Shown here piece by piece: positions 39,901 to 51,699 of a stretch of DNA of 64,000 nucleotides. Numbering within the stretch: the first letter of the stretch is position 1; the number at the start of each line of letters is the position of its first letter. The translations under genes were made by a program, and so were the position numbers. The DNA is from Lama guanicoe (lineage: Eukaryota). Below the pieces are notes generated by a model, which saw nothing but the letters and a program-made list of their open reading frames with translations, searched no databases and had not been told where the DNA came from. Where the stretch lies: NCBI GenBank assembly GCA_013239625.1, contig MU053365.1, forward strand, positions 1,708,115 to 1,772,114. Direction: 5' to 3'.

Positions 39901-40102
39901 CATCCCACGACTGTGCTGCATATAGTATCCCAAAGCTTTGTCCAAACTTCATTTCAGCACCTGCTATCAGAAGACCCGTTAGATTGTTCTATGTTATTCT
40001 GCTATGTTAGTCCTGACCCTGGAGCAGCATTTCTCATCCAGGGTTGTAAAAATTTCTAATGTTCTACAAGATGTCAATAGAAGTTACAAAATATCCTTGA
40101 AA

Positions 40103-40147
40103 AGGAGGAGGAGGAGGAGGAGGAGGAGGAGGAGGAGGAGGAGGAGG
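40103..40147. repeat. (AGG)15 microsatellite
   Basis: Seen directly. Confidence 0.97.
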
Positions 40148-40429
40148 AAGGGTGGGAGCAGGGACCTTATTTTTCAAATTCCTGGGCCAAACAATGCTAG
40201 TGCTTGCACTGATAAACAGTGACAAAACAGTCCCATTAGCAAATACATTGGAAGTCTTCAGCCCCCTGTGGCAGTGAGTGATAGGATGATGTCCATTTGG
40301 TTGAGTTTATTCTGCCCATTTGGCATAAGAGATCATTGATCATTGGCAAGCCCTATATTTCATGCAATGAATGGAGGACAGAAATTGATGATGACACTCT
40401 TTTCCTTCAGAATACTCGCCCCCAATCTC

Positions 40430-43400
40430 CCCTTCCACGCCGGCTCTCATTATCTACAATTTATTCACATATTTGCTCAACCTTAGTTTCAAAATTGCTA
40501 ACCATACTCCTCTGAAAACCAATGTAGTAATGAGTACAGTATCTCAGTTCTTTTGTTGTCCTTGTCCTTATTGTATCCAGTCAAAATCACGTTTTCCAAT
40601 GTAATTCAGGTTAGTTCTCTTCTTTCCCACTCCCTTCTGCGTGGGTCTTTCTAATATCACCTTATTTGTTTGCTCTGGTTTGTATTCCATTTTATTTCCC
40701 CACACATTCATGTTACTTCTGATTGCTTATTTGTTTTGGAGGACTGTGAAACACTAATATGGCTTTCAGAGACACTATGCAGAAAGATATGCTTAGAGAA
40801 ATGTTCAGATAAATGTTATTTGTTCCTTATCTCTGCTAACTCATTCCATTCTTTCCTTCTTTTTGCACCTACTCCCAATACTTAATTTCTTCAGTTTCTG
40901 ATTTAACTCTTTGTGATTGTTTTGCACAAATGAGCAGATGTGTGCATATTTTTATAGTGCCTTCTTTCTTACATGGAGAGTAGCCTACTGAAGACACTCT
41001 TTGCACTTAGATTTTTAAAATTAATATATAAAGGAAATCGCTGCATTTTCTCTTTTTACAGCTGTATTAAACTGAGTGGATGTATCATAGTTTATTTCAT
41101 GTCTCTACTAAGCAAAGGCATTTAGATGATTTCCTAAACATGATGATTACAAACAATGCTACAATGAATAAGCTTGTTAATAAGTATTTTGTATTGTTGG
41201 AAGTGTATCTTCAGGGTAGTTTCCTAAAAGTCGTATTTCTGGGTCAGAAGATAAACTGCATGTTTAATTTTGTTAAATGTTTCCAAATTTTCTTCTGGAA
41301 AGGTCTTCCCAGGATGCATTCCCACCAACAATGTATGAGAGTGCCTGACTTCCCACAGCCGCATCTACAAGGTTTGTTCTTATGCTTTTTAATTTTTACC
41401 ACTTTCATAAATGAGATTGCAGTATTGTTTTAATTTGCATTTCTCTACTTTTGGGAAAATGTGTATGGTATACATATTCCATGTGTATATATGGGTGTAA
41501 ATTATCTATTCTTGTCTTTTCCCCATATTTCTATTGGACTTTGCTCCTTTGTCTCTCAAATTTTGAATCCATTGTATATTTGAGGTATTAGTCCTTTGTG
41601 GTATATAATGTGAATATTTTTTCTGAGTTTGTCAGCTATCTTTTAAGTTATTAAATGGTGTTTATTGTGTGTAATATACCTGTATATGTGTATGTATATG
41701 GTCAAATTTTTTAATATTTTATTTTGAGTCATAGAAAGCTTTTTTAAACATGAAGATTAAAGAGGAATGCACTCTTGCCTTTTTCTAGTATTCTTATTGC
41801 GTTGTTATTGTTACTCTTATCATTTTTACTTTAGATACTTAACTATTTAGAATTTAATCTTGTTTATCATGGGGTATTTGAATCTAATTTTGTCTTTTTC
41901 CTATACCAAATTTTCATATATACTTGGGTATAATTCTGAATTTTTCATTTTATTTCATTAGTCTGTTGTCTATTCATGCACCAATCAACCTTAATTGAAC
42001 AGACATTATATTTTGCTTTAATGGCTCCTCTTTTAGTTTTTCTTTCTCAGTGTTTCCCTGGCTAATCTTTCCTGTTTGTTTCCCCATATGAACTTTAGTA
42101 TCACTTTGCTTAACACTAGAGAGTAGTTTGTGGGTGTTTTTATTGGAATCATATTGAGTTTATAAATGAATTTATGAGAATACTTATCTTTTAACATAGA
42201 GTTATCTTATCCAAGAACAATAGATGCCTTTCCATTTGTTCCATTTGAGTCTTTCTGGAAGTTTAAAAATTTTCCTTATATAAGTTTGCATATCATTTGT
42301 TAAATATATTCCCAAAGATATTAATCATCCATTTACTCCTGTGAATAGGGTTTCCTCTGTCATTATACCCTGTTTATTGTTTCTATTTTTGAAGATTTGA
42401 ATTTCATGTCAATATTATATCTTATTATTTTACTGAATTTGTTTCCTGTTTGAGTTTGTTTAATCATGAATTCTCTTGGAATTTCTAAGTATAATAACAT
42501 TTACACATAAATGTAATTTTAATTCTTCCTCACCTACTCTTATTATGTATAAAATTGACGTTTTCTTGTATAATTAAATTTGCTGATGCTTCTAGTACAA
42601 CTTTAAACAGTAGATGATACAGTGGAAATCTTTGCCTTGTTTCTTAATGGAAATACTGCTAATATTTCCCTATTAAATAAGATACTGGCTGTAGAATATA
42701 TTTATCTATATAACCTATATATCCTAAAGGCAGTGTCTTATTTTATGTTGAGGACTTGTCAAATGCCTTTTCAGGATCAATGAAAATAATAATTTATATT
42801 TTCATTAGATTTATTAATGTAGTACACGCTTTTAATGATTTGCCTAATGTTGAACCAACTTTGCATTACTGGAATAGATCCCGTTTGATTGTGGTGTATT
42901 ATTTTCTTAATGTGGTATTGGATTCTGTTTGCTAATATTTTATTTAATATTTTTGTTTTGATATTCATGACTGATTTTGTCTGTAGTCTTCCTTTTTAAA
43001 TTTTATTTTTAGTGAAGTGTAGCTGATTCACAATATTAGTTTCAAGTATACAGAAAGTGATTCAGTTATGCATCACATACATATATATATACACACACAT
43101 ATATATTTTCAGATTCTTTCCATTATGCATAGTCTTTTTTTTTATTTTATCTTTTTACTTTATCTGCTTTTACTCTGTTATACGTAGTTCAGAAAAGAAT
43201 TTCGGAAGATCTATTTTTTCTTTTCAGTGCATTGGAATAATTTCTAGAGCATTAAATCATCTAATCTTTAAAGATTTGCTATAATTCATCTGTGAATATT
43301 CCTTGCCCTGGTGCTTTTTTGGTGGATAGTTACTTAATAAATTCCTCTATTTATCCAATGGAATTGGTATGCTTGAGCTTTTTAAATAAATAGGGTAACT

Positions 43401-43790
43401 TCTGGTAATCTTTATTTCCCTAAGAAAGTATCCATTTCATCTTGCTTTTAAAACATATTTGCAAAGATATTTATAAATTAGTCTCTTTCGGTTTTTAAAA
43501 AATTTTCTCTATTTCAATTGGTATTTCTTTCCTGTCATATCATTCTGTAAATTTGTGCTTCTTTCATGTTTTATTGATTTGTTCTCTAGTGATTTATGGT
43601 TTTTTTCCAAAAAAAGGCAAAGATTTTGATGTTATTATTTAGATATAGTCTTTCCTCCACCTCATTAGCTTTTTCTTTTATCTTTATTATTTCTTTTTTT
43701 GCACTTTTTTTGACTTACTTTTTTGTTCTGTATCTTACTTTATGAGTCAGGGATTCATTCATTCACATTCTTTCATTTTTACTGATAAAA
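40430..43790 (-). mobile_element. Long old L1 (L1M-type) 3'UTR and ORF2, with a younger L1 3' tip at about 43000-43130
   Basis: [29 protein letters not shown] (42968-42777); ttcccaccaacaatgtatgagagtgcc. Confidence 0.8.
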
Positions 43791-44119
43791 AGTTTTAGTG
43801 TAGAGAGCAACCTTCTGGCTCTAGGCGCATGGCACCCAACCTTTGACTTTAGATTGGATTATACCATATAAATGTTATATTTAGTCCTTTTCCAGTATGA
43901 GAGACTTCAGTGTTAAGTAGCATAATTTCATCCATTTGTATTCATTGTTATTATTATTATTTCTATTTTTGATCAAAATTCTGTAATTCCATTTTATGAG
44001 TTACATATTTTCTGCCTCCTTATCACTAATGTTTTTAAAGGCATCAACTCTGTTTCATTCTTCCTTTCTATGCTGCTTCTATACACTTATTATCTCTAGT
44101 GTTATGAAACACTTTGAGT

Positions 44120-45320
44120 GTTTTTAGTTGAAGTATAATTGCTGTACAATATTATGTAAGTTACAGGTATACAATAGAGTGACTGACAATTTTTAAAGGT
44201 TATACTCCATGTATACGTATTATAAAACATTGGTTATATTCCCTATTTTGTACTTGAAGCTTATTATTTTATACACAAGAGTCTATACCTCTTAATCCCC
44301 TACTCCTATATTGGCCCTCCCCCTTCCCTCTCCCCACTGGTAACCACAGTTTGCTCTCTATATCTGTGAGTTTGCTTCTTCTTCTTTTTTTTCTTTTGTT
44401 ATATTCACCAGTTTGTTGTGTTTTTTAGATTCCACATATAAGTGATATCATATAGTATGTCTTTCTCCATCTGACTCATTACACTTTTTCCACTTAGCGT
44501 AATACCCTCCAACTCCATCAATTTTGCTGCAAATGGCAAAATTTCACTCTTTCATATGTAGTGAAATACATATATTTTATACACACACACACATATCACA
44601 TCTCCTTTATCCATTAATCTATTGAGAGATACTTAGGTTGCTTCCAAATCTTGGCAATTGTAAATAATGCTGCTATGAACATTGGGGTGCACGTATCTAT
44701 TCAAATTAGTATTTTCTTTTATATATACCCAGAAGTAGAAATGCTGGGTCTTATGGTAGTTCTATTTTTAGTTTTTTGAGGAAACTTCGTATTGTTCTCC
44801 ATAGTGGCTGCACCAATTTACATTCCTACCAACAGCGTATGAGGGTTCTCTTTTCCCCACATCCTTGCCAACATTTGTTGTTTGTGTTCTTTTTTATGAC
44901 AGACATTCTAACAGATATGAGATGACATCTCATTGTGATTTTGATTTGCATTTCCCTGATAATTAGCTATGTTGAATATCTTTTCATGTGCCTGTTGGCC
45001 ATCTGTATTTTCTGTTTGGAAAGATGTGTATTTAGGCCTCCTGCCCATTTTTCACTCGGGCTGTATATGTGTGCTTTTTTTTTTTTCCTTTGATGTTGAG
45101 TTGTATGAGCTGATTATATTTGTTTATGTATGTATTGGATATTAATCCCTTATCAATTATATAATTTGCAAATATTTTCTCCCATTCAGTAGGTTGTCTT
45201 TTCATTTTGTCAATGATTTCCTTTGCTGTGAGAAATCTTTGAGTTTAGTTAGGCCCCATTTGTTTATTTTTGCTTCTATTTCCTTATTACTTTAAGAGAT
45301 GGATTTAAAAAATTTTTGGA
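44120..45320 (-). mobile_element. 5'-truncated L1 (L1MA/artiodactyl type), 3' 1.2 kb
   Basis: gaagtataattg..tacaatattatgtaagttacagg; ttagattccacatataagtgatatcat; ctatgaacattggggtgc. Confidence 0.92.
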
Positions 45321-45917
45321 TATATTGGATGATATATCTTATTGCATTTTAATCATGCTCACTTTTTTCAACACAATCTTAAATTTACATATTTTTATGA
45401 AAAAGTCACAATGCAATGAGTATACATCTACTTCCTATGGAAATAAGTAACTTAGCATTTTTAATTTCTTCTCATGCTTCTTCTATTTCCTAATTATTTT
45501 CTTATATAATTTGGAGGTTAAAACAATTAGATTTTTAAAAATTATTTGTTTTAAATTATTTACTTCTCTTCCAAGAATAATTTTACATTTTGTATTTCAA
45601 CCAAGCTAATATATTCAGATTCTAACTTAATTCCAAGTGTGAATGGTGTCTATGTTGACTGCCAAGATATTTTTACCACTCCTTTCCCATTTTTAAGCTT
45701 TCAGTTTTAATTTGCTTCTAAGTTGATTAGATTCCATCTGTTTTTTTTTTTCTTAACTCATGAGGGTCTTAAATGGTTGGTTATAATTCATGAGCATTTG
45801 GTTATACTTTGGTTAAAATTATGACCAATTGCCTTTCTGGTGCCTAAATATATAAAAACTATAGTCATATACCCAGCTATTGAACTAAAAATTTCTGAAA
45901 ACATTGTTTCATTTATT

Positions 45918-46014
45918 TGTGTGTATATATATGGTTATTATCTTTACTAGAATTACTAGTATGTGTGTGTGTATATATATATATATATGGTTATTATCTT
46001 TACTAGAATTACTA
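45918..46014. repeat. Tandem duplication of (TG)n(TA)n-tggttattatctttactagaattacta
   Basis: Identical core in both copies; microsatellite lengths differ. Confidence 0.9.
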
Positions 46015-46015
46015 T

Positions 46016-46578
46016 TGTGAAAGCCGTCTTTTGGCATGGCTTCTGATGACCCTACCTCCTGATATTGATCCCTTCTGTAATCTACTCCCCTTGAATGTGG
46101 GCTCTGTCTAGTGGCTTTTTGCTAATAAAGAGACTACAGCAAAAGTGATGGGATATCACTTCTAAGATTAGGTTACAAAAGACTGTGAGTTCCATCTTGC
46201 TAGCAATTTCTCATTCTGATGAAGTCAACTGCCACGTTGTCAGGTACTCAGTGGCAAAGCCTGCCTGGCAAGGAATCAAAGTAGATTTCCGGCCAATAGC
46301 TCATGAGGGAGTGAGGCCTCAGTTCGATAGCCTTTGAGGAAATGAATCCTTCCAACAACCGCATAAATGAGCTGGGAAGCAGAACCTTCCTGAGTTGATT
46401 TTTTAGATGAGACCCGAGCCTAACTGCAGCTTGTGAGAAGCATGGATCCGGAAAATACAGCTAAACTGTCCCCAGTTTCTAGACCCACAGATTCTGTCAC
46501 ATAATGAATGTGTGTATTATTAAGTCTGCTGCATTTGGAGTTAATGTGTAACACAGCAATAGGTTAAAAAAAGTAACA
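46016..46578 (+). mobile_element. MLT1E/F-type MaLR solo LTR
   Basis: ccccttgaatgtgggct...gcaaaagtgatgggatatcacttc...ccaacaaccgcataaatgagctggga...acagcaatag. Confidence 0.85.
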
Positions 46579-48505
46579 ATTAGCACCTGTTTGTACTCTC
46601 TCTCTGCATCCTCAGGAAGCTCCTTGCACTGGTCTTCCAGAACATTGCTTTAGTCTTCTGCCACGTTGTCTCCTCTATACAGGAGTTCCACATGCAACCT
46701 TGATTTTTAATTTCCAGAAATTCGTGTATTATTTATTCCATCTCATTTAACAATTTTTTACCTCTCACTTATTCTTTAATTTTTAATTTTATCTTGCTAC
46801 TTGTTTCTTCATCTTCTCATTTTGTTTAATAGTGCCCTTGCTCTCTTAAGTGATACTGAGTTTAAAGAGCTATAGGTAAAAATACACATTCTTTTTCCTG
46901 CAATAACCAATATGCTTCTGTCTACTTTGAACGTTGTAGTCAACTCAGTTTTATGCTACAGGACCTATGATATGATACAGGACCTATGATAGCAAGACAT
47001 CATTTTGGTTTTATAATGTTTTGTGTTACTTATGTTGGGAAAATCAGACAGATGTCTAGGTCTGTGACTGACCCAAATTAACATGAATAGCGTCTTTTCT
47101 TCGATCCCTTAACCTTTCTCCTGGATGCTGCTGTTACTCTCTTCTCTCGTGATAGAGAGGAAGTTATTATATGATCGATTATATTAGTAAAATGTTTTTC
47201 ATGTTCAGCTGCCTGTTTTGCCCTACTGTACTTCATATTAAGCAGGTAACTGGGTTGGGGTCCTGTCACCAGTGTCAGAGAGAACTACTCTGCCCTGCTT
47301 GTTTTGTAATTGATGTAATTACGTGCTTTCAAATGTCAATTTGTAGCCATTGAAATAATTATTAGTAGGTAGGTCTTTCTATATTTCTAACCTACTCTCA
47401 CTTTGAATCCTTTCTCTTGGTGAACATGTGCTGATGGTGAACTTTTTTTTTCCCCTTTTACACACAGTAGTCACTCCTTTTCACATATCCCGTTAGTATT
47501 TTGGAATATATGTGTTAGTCTTTTCTAATTTCCAACTTCTACCCTATTTTATTTTGTCTGCTACCTGCAAATGGTGGAATGTTAAATGCCTTTCCTGTGG
47601 TTAATATCTCACAAGGAAGTTTTTACAAATACTATCTATCTTCATATTGTTTATAATAAAGCAGACTGGCATGCCCGTTTTAAAGACATGAAAGGTACCT
47701 TAGAAAAGGAAAACAATTCAACTAAGTTGACCTAGATATTAAAAGACAAAGCTGAGGTTAGAATCCAGTGTTTTCACTTCTGTTTAGTGATTTTTCTTTT
47801 ATATATCACTATTTAATTTCTTTCTCAAAGAATTTTCTCAAGCAGTTTAAAGAGAAGAATAGAATGGCTCAGCAGATGCCAATTGTCCTTGGAGATAATT
47901 CTTTGGGTAGTCGGAAAATATATGAAATTACATTCTGATATCCCACACTCTTACATGAAAATTAACCTTTATCTACTAACAAAAAGATTTAAAAGAAACT
48001 ACAATTTAATTAGCATATATAACCAAATCGTAATTCTCTAAATTACCTCTCTCTAAAAATCATGCTTCCTAAGTGGACATCAGCTGTGGAAGTTGGTTTA
48101 TATTTATTTTTTCACCCACGTGCTTTAGAAAACTAATGGTTCACCAGTTCTGTTGTATTTAAATAATGCCCTAGAAAGTGATTATAATATAATGTGATGC
48201 CCACACAAGGGTCTGATGACAAAACATTTTCTGGCAGACAGTAGTCATTCAATTTAGCACAATTGGGGTCAGGCATTTGGAAAACTCTGACAGCAAAGTA
48301 TTAAAGTATTATACACTGTGGTGGGGTGAGGGAAACCCAAATGAATTGTGAGGGACAAAAACAAAAGAGTCAGCTTAATACTCCTATACATGTGACTATT
48401 TTGAAAATGGGTTTCTAGATTAAAAACTTTTGTTTGCTGTGGCTGACTGCTTGTTTATAAATTTTAGGTATGTGACTCATTTCCTGTATTCCTCAATGAA
48501 CTAAC

Positions 48506-48614
48506 AAGCTGTAAGTGCTGGGCCTATCTGGGCCTGTCTTGTACCACCTGGGAGGCCTCCAAGAGGAAGGCACTTCGGCCCTTTGAGCTGCGTTCTGACC
48601 TGTGGTGACATGAG
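48506..48614 (-). CDS. Candidate exon C (109 nt, phase 1-2): HVTTGQNAAQRAEVPSSWRPPRWYKTGPDRPSTYS
   Basis: Acceptor tttatttttctaaatttctcaag, donor CTT|gttagt; GC-rich island in AT-rich flanks; the phase-0 frame is also open. Confidence 0.45.
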
Positions 48615-49129
48615 CTTGAGAAATTTAGAAAAATAAATAAGTAAATGCTTTAAAATGCATCCATATGACAAGGAGCACTTCGATGAAAATACATTTATAC
48701 TATGGATTTTAGTATTTCTCCAACTTTTAGCTATAATGTACATTCATTTAATTTTTCTATAAACATCTATGAATAAATGAGTATTAAAAACTGTCTTTGG
48801 GGTACTTTAGGGTATATACAGAGAACAACTGCTTCTGATATCTCTTTGACCTCACAATAGCTTATTTTCAATTATCTCTGTTTTCATGATTATAACATTC
48901 AGGAACATACCACCTACCAAGTCATTCTGAATCTCTGATAGGGTATCTATATATAAATAACAATTCTTTTAAAAAAGTGCAATTGACACTTCATAAAAGT
49001 GTCCCTCTTCACCCCAAAAAGACAAAGGAAACACTCAAGCAAAAATTATCTCTCCAGCAGCAGCCTCACATATGAGATCATTTTTTATTGTTCAAACATT
49101 GACATTGAGTTTAGAAGCAAGCATCATGT

Positions 49130-49555
49130 TGTTGTAAAAGAGTAGTGATACAGCGTTGTTGTTCTGGTTCGAGTAATAAGCAGCTATATCTTGTGGAAGT
49201 CATTCAGCCCTTCTGGTCTCAGTAACCAGACTGGAAGATGGTTAAGATTGTCGTAAGACTGGATGAAAGGCTATTATAATTACCAAATGTTGTATGATGT
49301 TGGTAGCAGTAGTGATGTTGAGACATGGTGGGAGTCTGGATTAATTCTGAAAGTAGAACCAGCAAGATTTGCTGTTAGTTTGGATCTGCAGTGTGAGTTA
49401 CTCACCTTGTTTGACACAACTATGTTCATCTGTTAAATGGGGACAAAATTGATAAGAGTTTCTCTATCATGATGAGAGTGTTATGATTAAGGGAGCTAGT
49501 ATATGCAAAATGTTTATCATAATGCTTGTGACATAGTAAGTGATCAGCTAAAGAT
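49130..49555. mobile_element. MIR and L2 relics
   Basis: ttcatctgttaaatggggac...tgcttgtgacatagtaagtg (MIR); gtagaaccagcaagatttgctg (L2). Confidence 0.6.
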
Positions 49556-49568
49556 AATTATATTTTAC

Positions 49569-49668
49569 AGGACTTCAAGAAGGAAGCCTGTGGCCCCAGG
49601 GTAGTATTCATTATATCCAATTCAGTTCTCCAACCGTCAAGAAAGCCAGAATTATTCTGACTTTGCAG
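49569..49668 (-). CDS. Candidate exon B (100 nt, phase 0-1): LQSQNNSGFLDGWRTELDIMNTTLGPQASFLKS
   Basis: Strong acceptor ttttcttttcccctgcatcatag; weak donor CCT|gtaaaa. Confidence 0.4.
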
Positions 49669-49916
49669 CTATGATGCAGGGGAAAAGAAAATATCAGAAA
49701 ATGCTTTTCAGTTTCCTTGCCTTTTGCTCTGTGGGTGAGGATTATTTAATGCTAAAAAATCAGGCATGCCTTTTTAAAATGGTGGCATTTTGCGGTCAAG
49801 GTCAATTCTTTGCCTTGGTGTTAACTGGTCTAGACTAAAGAGTAAAACTTCAAAGATCTGGCTCATTTCTAAAGACACTTTTATTTTCTATACTTAAGTG
49901 GCAGAATTCCACTAAC

Positions 49917-50188
49917 AAGCTTTTCTCTTTGATTCCATTTAAAATAACTCGAAGAGTAACAGAAGTGTATGCATCAATACTAGACATAAAAATAAGGTAC
50001 TTTCTATGCATGATATGTACTTTTATATGCTTTCTTTTCTCCATCAATGCTAATAAAGTATTGTAGTTATGTGTAAACAGCCACATTTTCCTCACTACTT
50101 TAGCCTCGTTCATTTAGTAATATTGGAAAGTTTCATAATGGTCTGTCATATCATTTTTTCTTGTATGTATGTTCTTGTTTAAAAGTCC
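49917..50188 (-). CDS. Candidate exon A (272 nt, phase 0-2): GLLNKNIHTRKNDMTDHYETFQYY*MNEAKVVRKMWLF...IDAYTSVTLRVILNGIKEKS
   Basis: Acceptor tttatgtgcctttag, donor CTT|gttagt; one TAA at 50116-50114 in 90 codons of AT-rich DNA; alternative internal acceptor starts a 63-nt exon at 49979. Confidence 0.4.
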
Positions 50189-50420
50189 CTAAAGGCACAT
50201 AAAGGCTTTATTTTCTCAATATAATGTTTCATGGATATATAAAATTTAAAAATTCAGTCCTTGGAAGTGGTCTCTGATTTTATTGTGCCATTATTTATTG
50301 ATGCTTTTGTCAAAAGCCTTTCTAGGCAACTGAGTTGACTCAAAATAAAATCCAACTCCTCGAGAAATTAGCCTGAGTTTCTCGGTCAGTAGACTCTAAT
50401 TTCCACCTGGTTTTCTGCTA

Positions 50421-50435
50421 GTGACCATAGGCAAC
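50421..50435. promoter_or_regulatory. RFX X-box motif
   Basis: GTGACC-ATA-GGCAAC fits GTNRCC(N0-3)RGYAAC; a second half-site CTAGGCAAC lies at 50322-50330. Confidence 0.5.
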
Positions 50436-50570
50436 ACTAGCCTTTGTGGAGAGTGGATCAGTCTTCTGTCCTCCAAGCAACTGCCCGGGATAAACATCAG
50501 CTCTGCCTGGGCTGGTTGTGTGTGAGTCTGCCTGTGGGTTTATATATGAGTTTTGTGTGGAAGAATAATA

Positions 50571-50813
50571 TAGTAGACCCTTGAACAACAGGGGTTGGGG
50601 GAGGTTAGGAGTGCTGACCCTCGGCAATCAAAAATCCAGGTATGACTTATAGTTGGCTCACTTATATCCCTGGTTCCTCCATATCCATGGTTCTTCCATA
50701 TCCACAGATTCAACCAATGAAGACTGTGTAGTAACTGTATTATTTACTACTAAAAAAATCCAAGTATAACTGGACCCTTGCAGTTCAAACCCATGTTGCT
50801 CAAGGGTCAACGG
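50571..50813. mobile_element. Tigger2-family MITE, same type as 3624-3858
   Basis: TIRs tagtagacccttgaacaaca ... tgttgctcaagggtcaacgg, flanked by TA. Confidence 0.85.
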
Positions 50814-51699
50814 TAGTATTTCAAGGTGGAGGAGAATGATCTTATGATACCAGTCAGCAATGAAGTAACTTGCTCTTATGCTTGAATCCTTTTAAACTCA
50901 GTAGGCAAAGCATGCTTTAGAAGAGAATCAATGTCTGATTAGAACACTGTTTTCTAAAGTATCACGTAAAATAAATGCAGAAATGTAAGATACATTTATA
51001 AATGAGTGTAGATAGATCATAAAAACCAGTCTGTAGTTAGGACATAATTTGTACTTTAAAGTACAAAAGAGTCTAAATTTTAATCCTAAGTAGGTATGCA
51101 CATTTGCCAAACAAAGATCTCAGAAAGCAACACTGGAATCAAGGTAATGGAGCAGGGAGTACTAAATTATGAAGAAAATGCATTTTCCAGCCCAACCATA
51201 TCTGCCAGCCATTCAGTACCTGGTTCACACTACAGGTCAGGTAGATGCCCTGACCTTGGTGAGCCCTACGCTTCTTGGGGCTCACTGTGACTTTATGCAC
51301 TGACTTTCCCAGCAGGAGCTCTTTTAAACTTTCAGGGAGACTGAGAACTGACTCTTCAGCTTTTCTAATCCTGAGAGTCTTTATTTAATTGTGTTTAAAA
51401 TGTTACTTCTTCCTAACACAGCTAGATTCATGCTCAGTTCTTCAACATGAAGCAAGTTATTATCTAGGAATACATATTTAAGTGGCATAAATATAGAGAA
51501 AAGCAAGAGAGTTATTATTATCTCAAAAATGAGGATATTGATGATCTGTGGGGCAGAAAGAGATGCAGGGGGTACTATAGTACCAGTAATGTTCTCTTTC
51601 TTAACTGTGATTGTGATGTGAGTAGTGGTCCCTTTAATATGTCTACTCCCTAATCCCCAGAACCTGTGAATGTATTAGGTTACATGGTAAGTGGGACTT

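Larger units (their letters stand above)
30014..50188 (-). pseudogene. Candidate multi-exon gene or unitary pseudogene, product unrecognised
   Basis: Eight GT-AG-bounded segments in non-repeat islands; B-H have compatible phases; in-frame stops in A, F and H. Assembled by eye, no homology search. Confidence 0.5.

Noticed and set aside
40004..40222. Poly-Arg, protamine-like ORF
   Set aside because: Produced by the (AGG)15 microsatellite
30014..48614. By-eye resemblance of the exon-chain peptide to SAT1-type GNAT acetyltransferases (AEVP..W.P; H..VG..M.Y)
   Set aside because: Only scattered identities and no clear acetyl-CoA-binding RGxGxG motif; would need a profile search such as HHpred
51234..51256. 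AGGTCA-n11-TGACCT inverted repeat as a nuclear-receptor element
   Set aside because: Spacing is non-canonical (ERE is n3); an 8-bp stem is expected by chance in 64 kb
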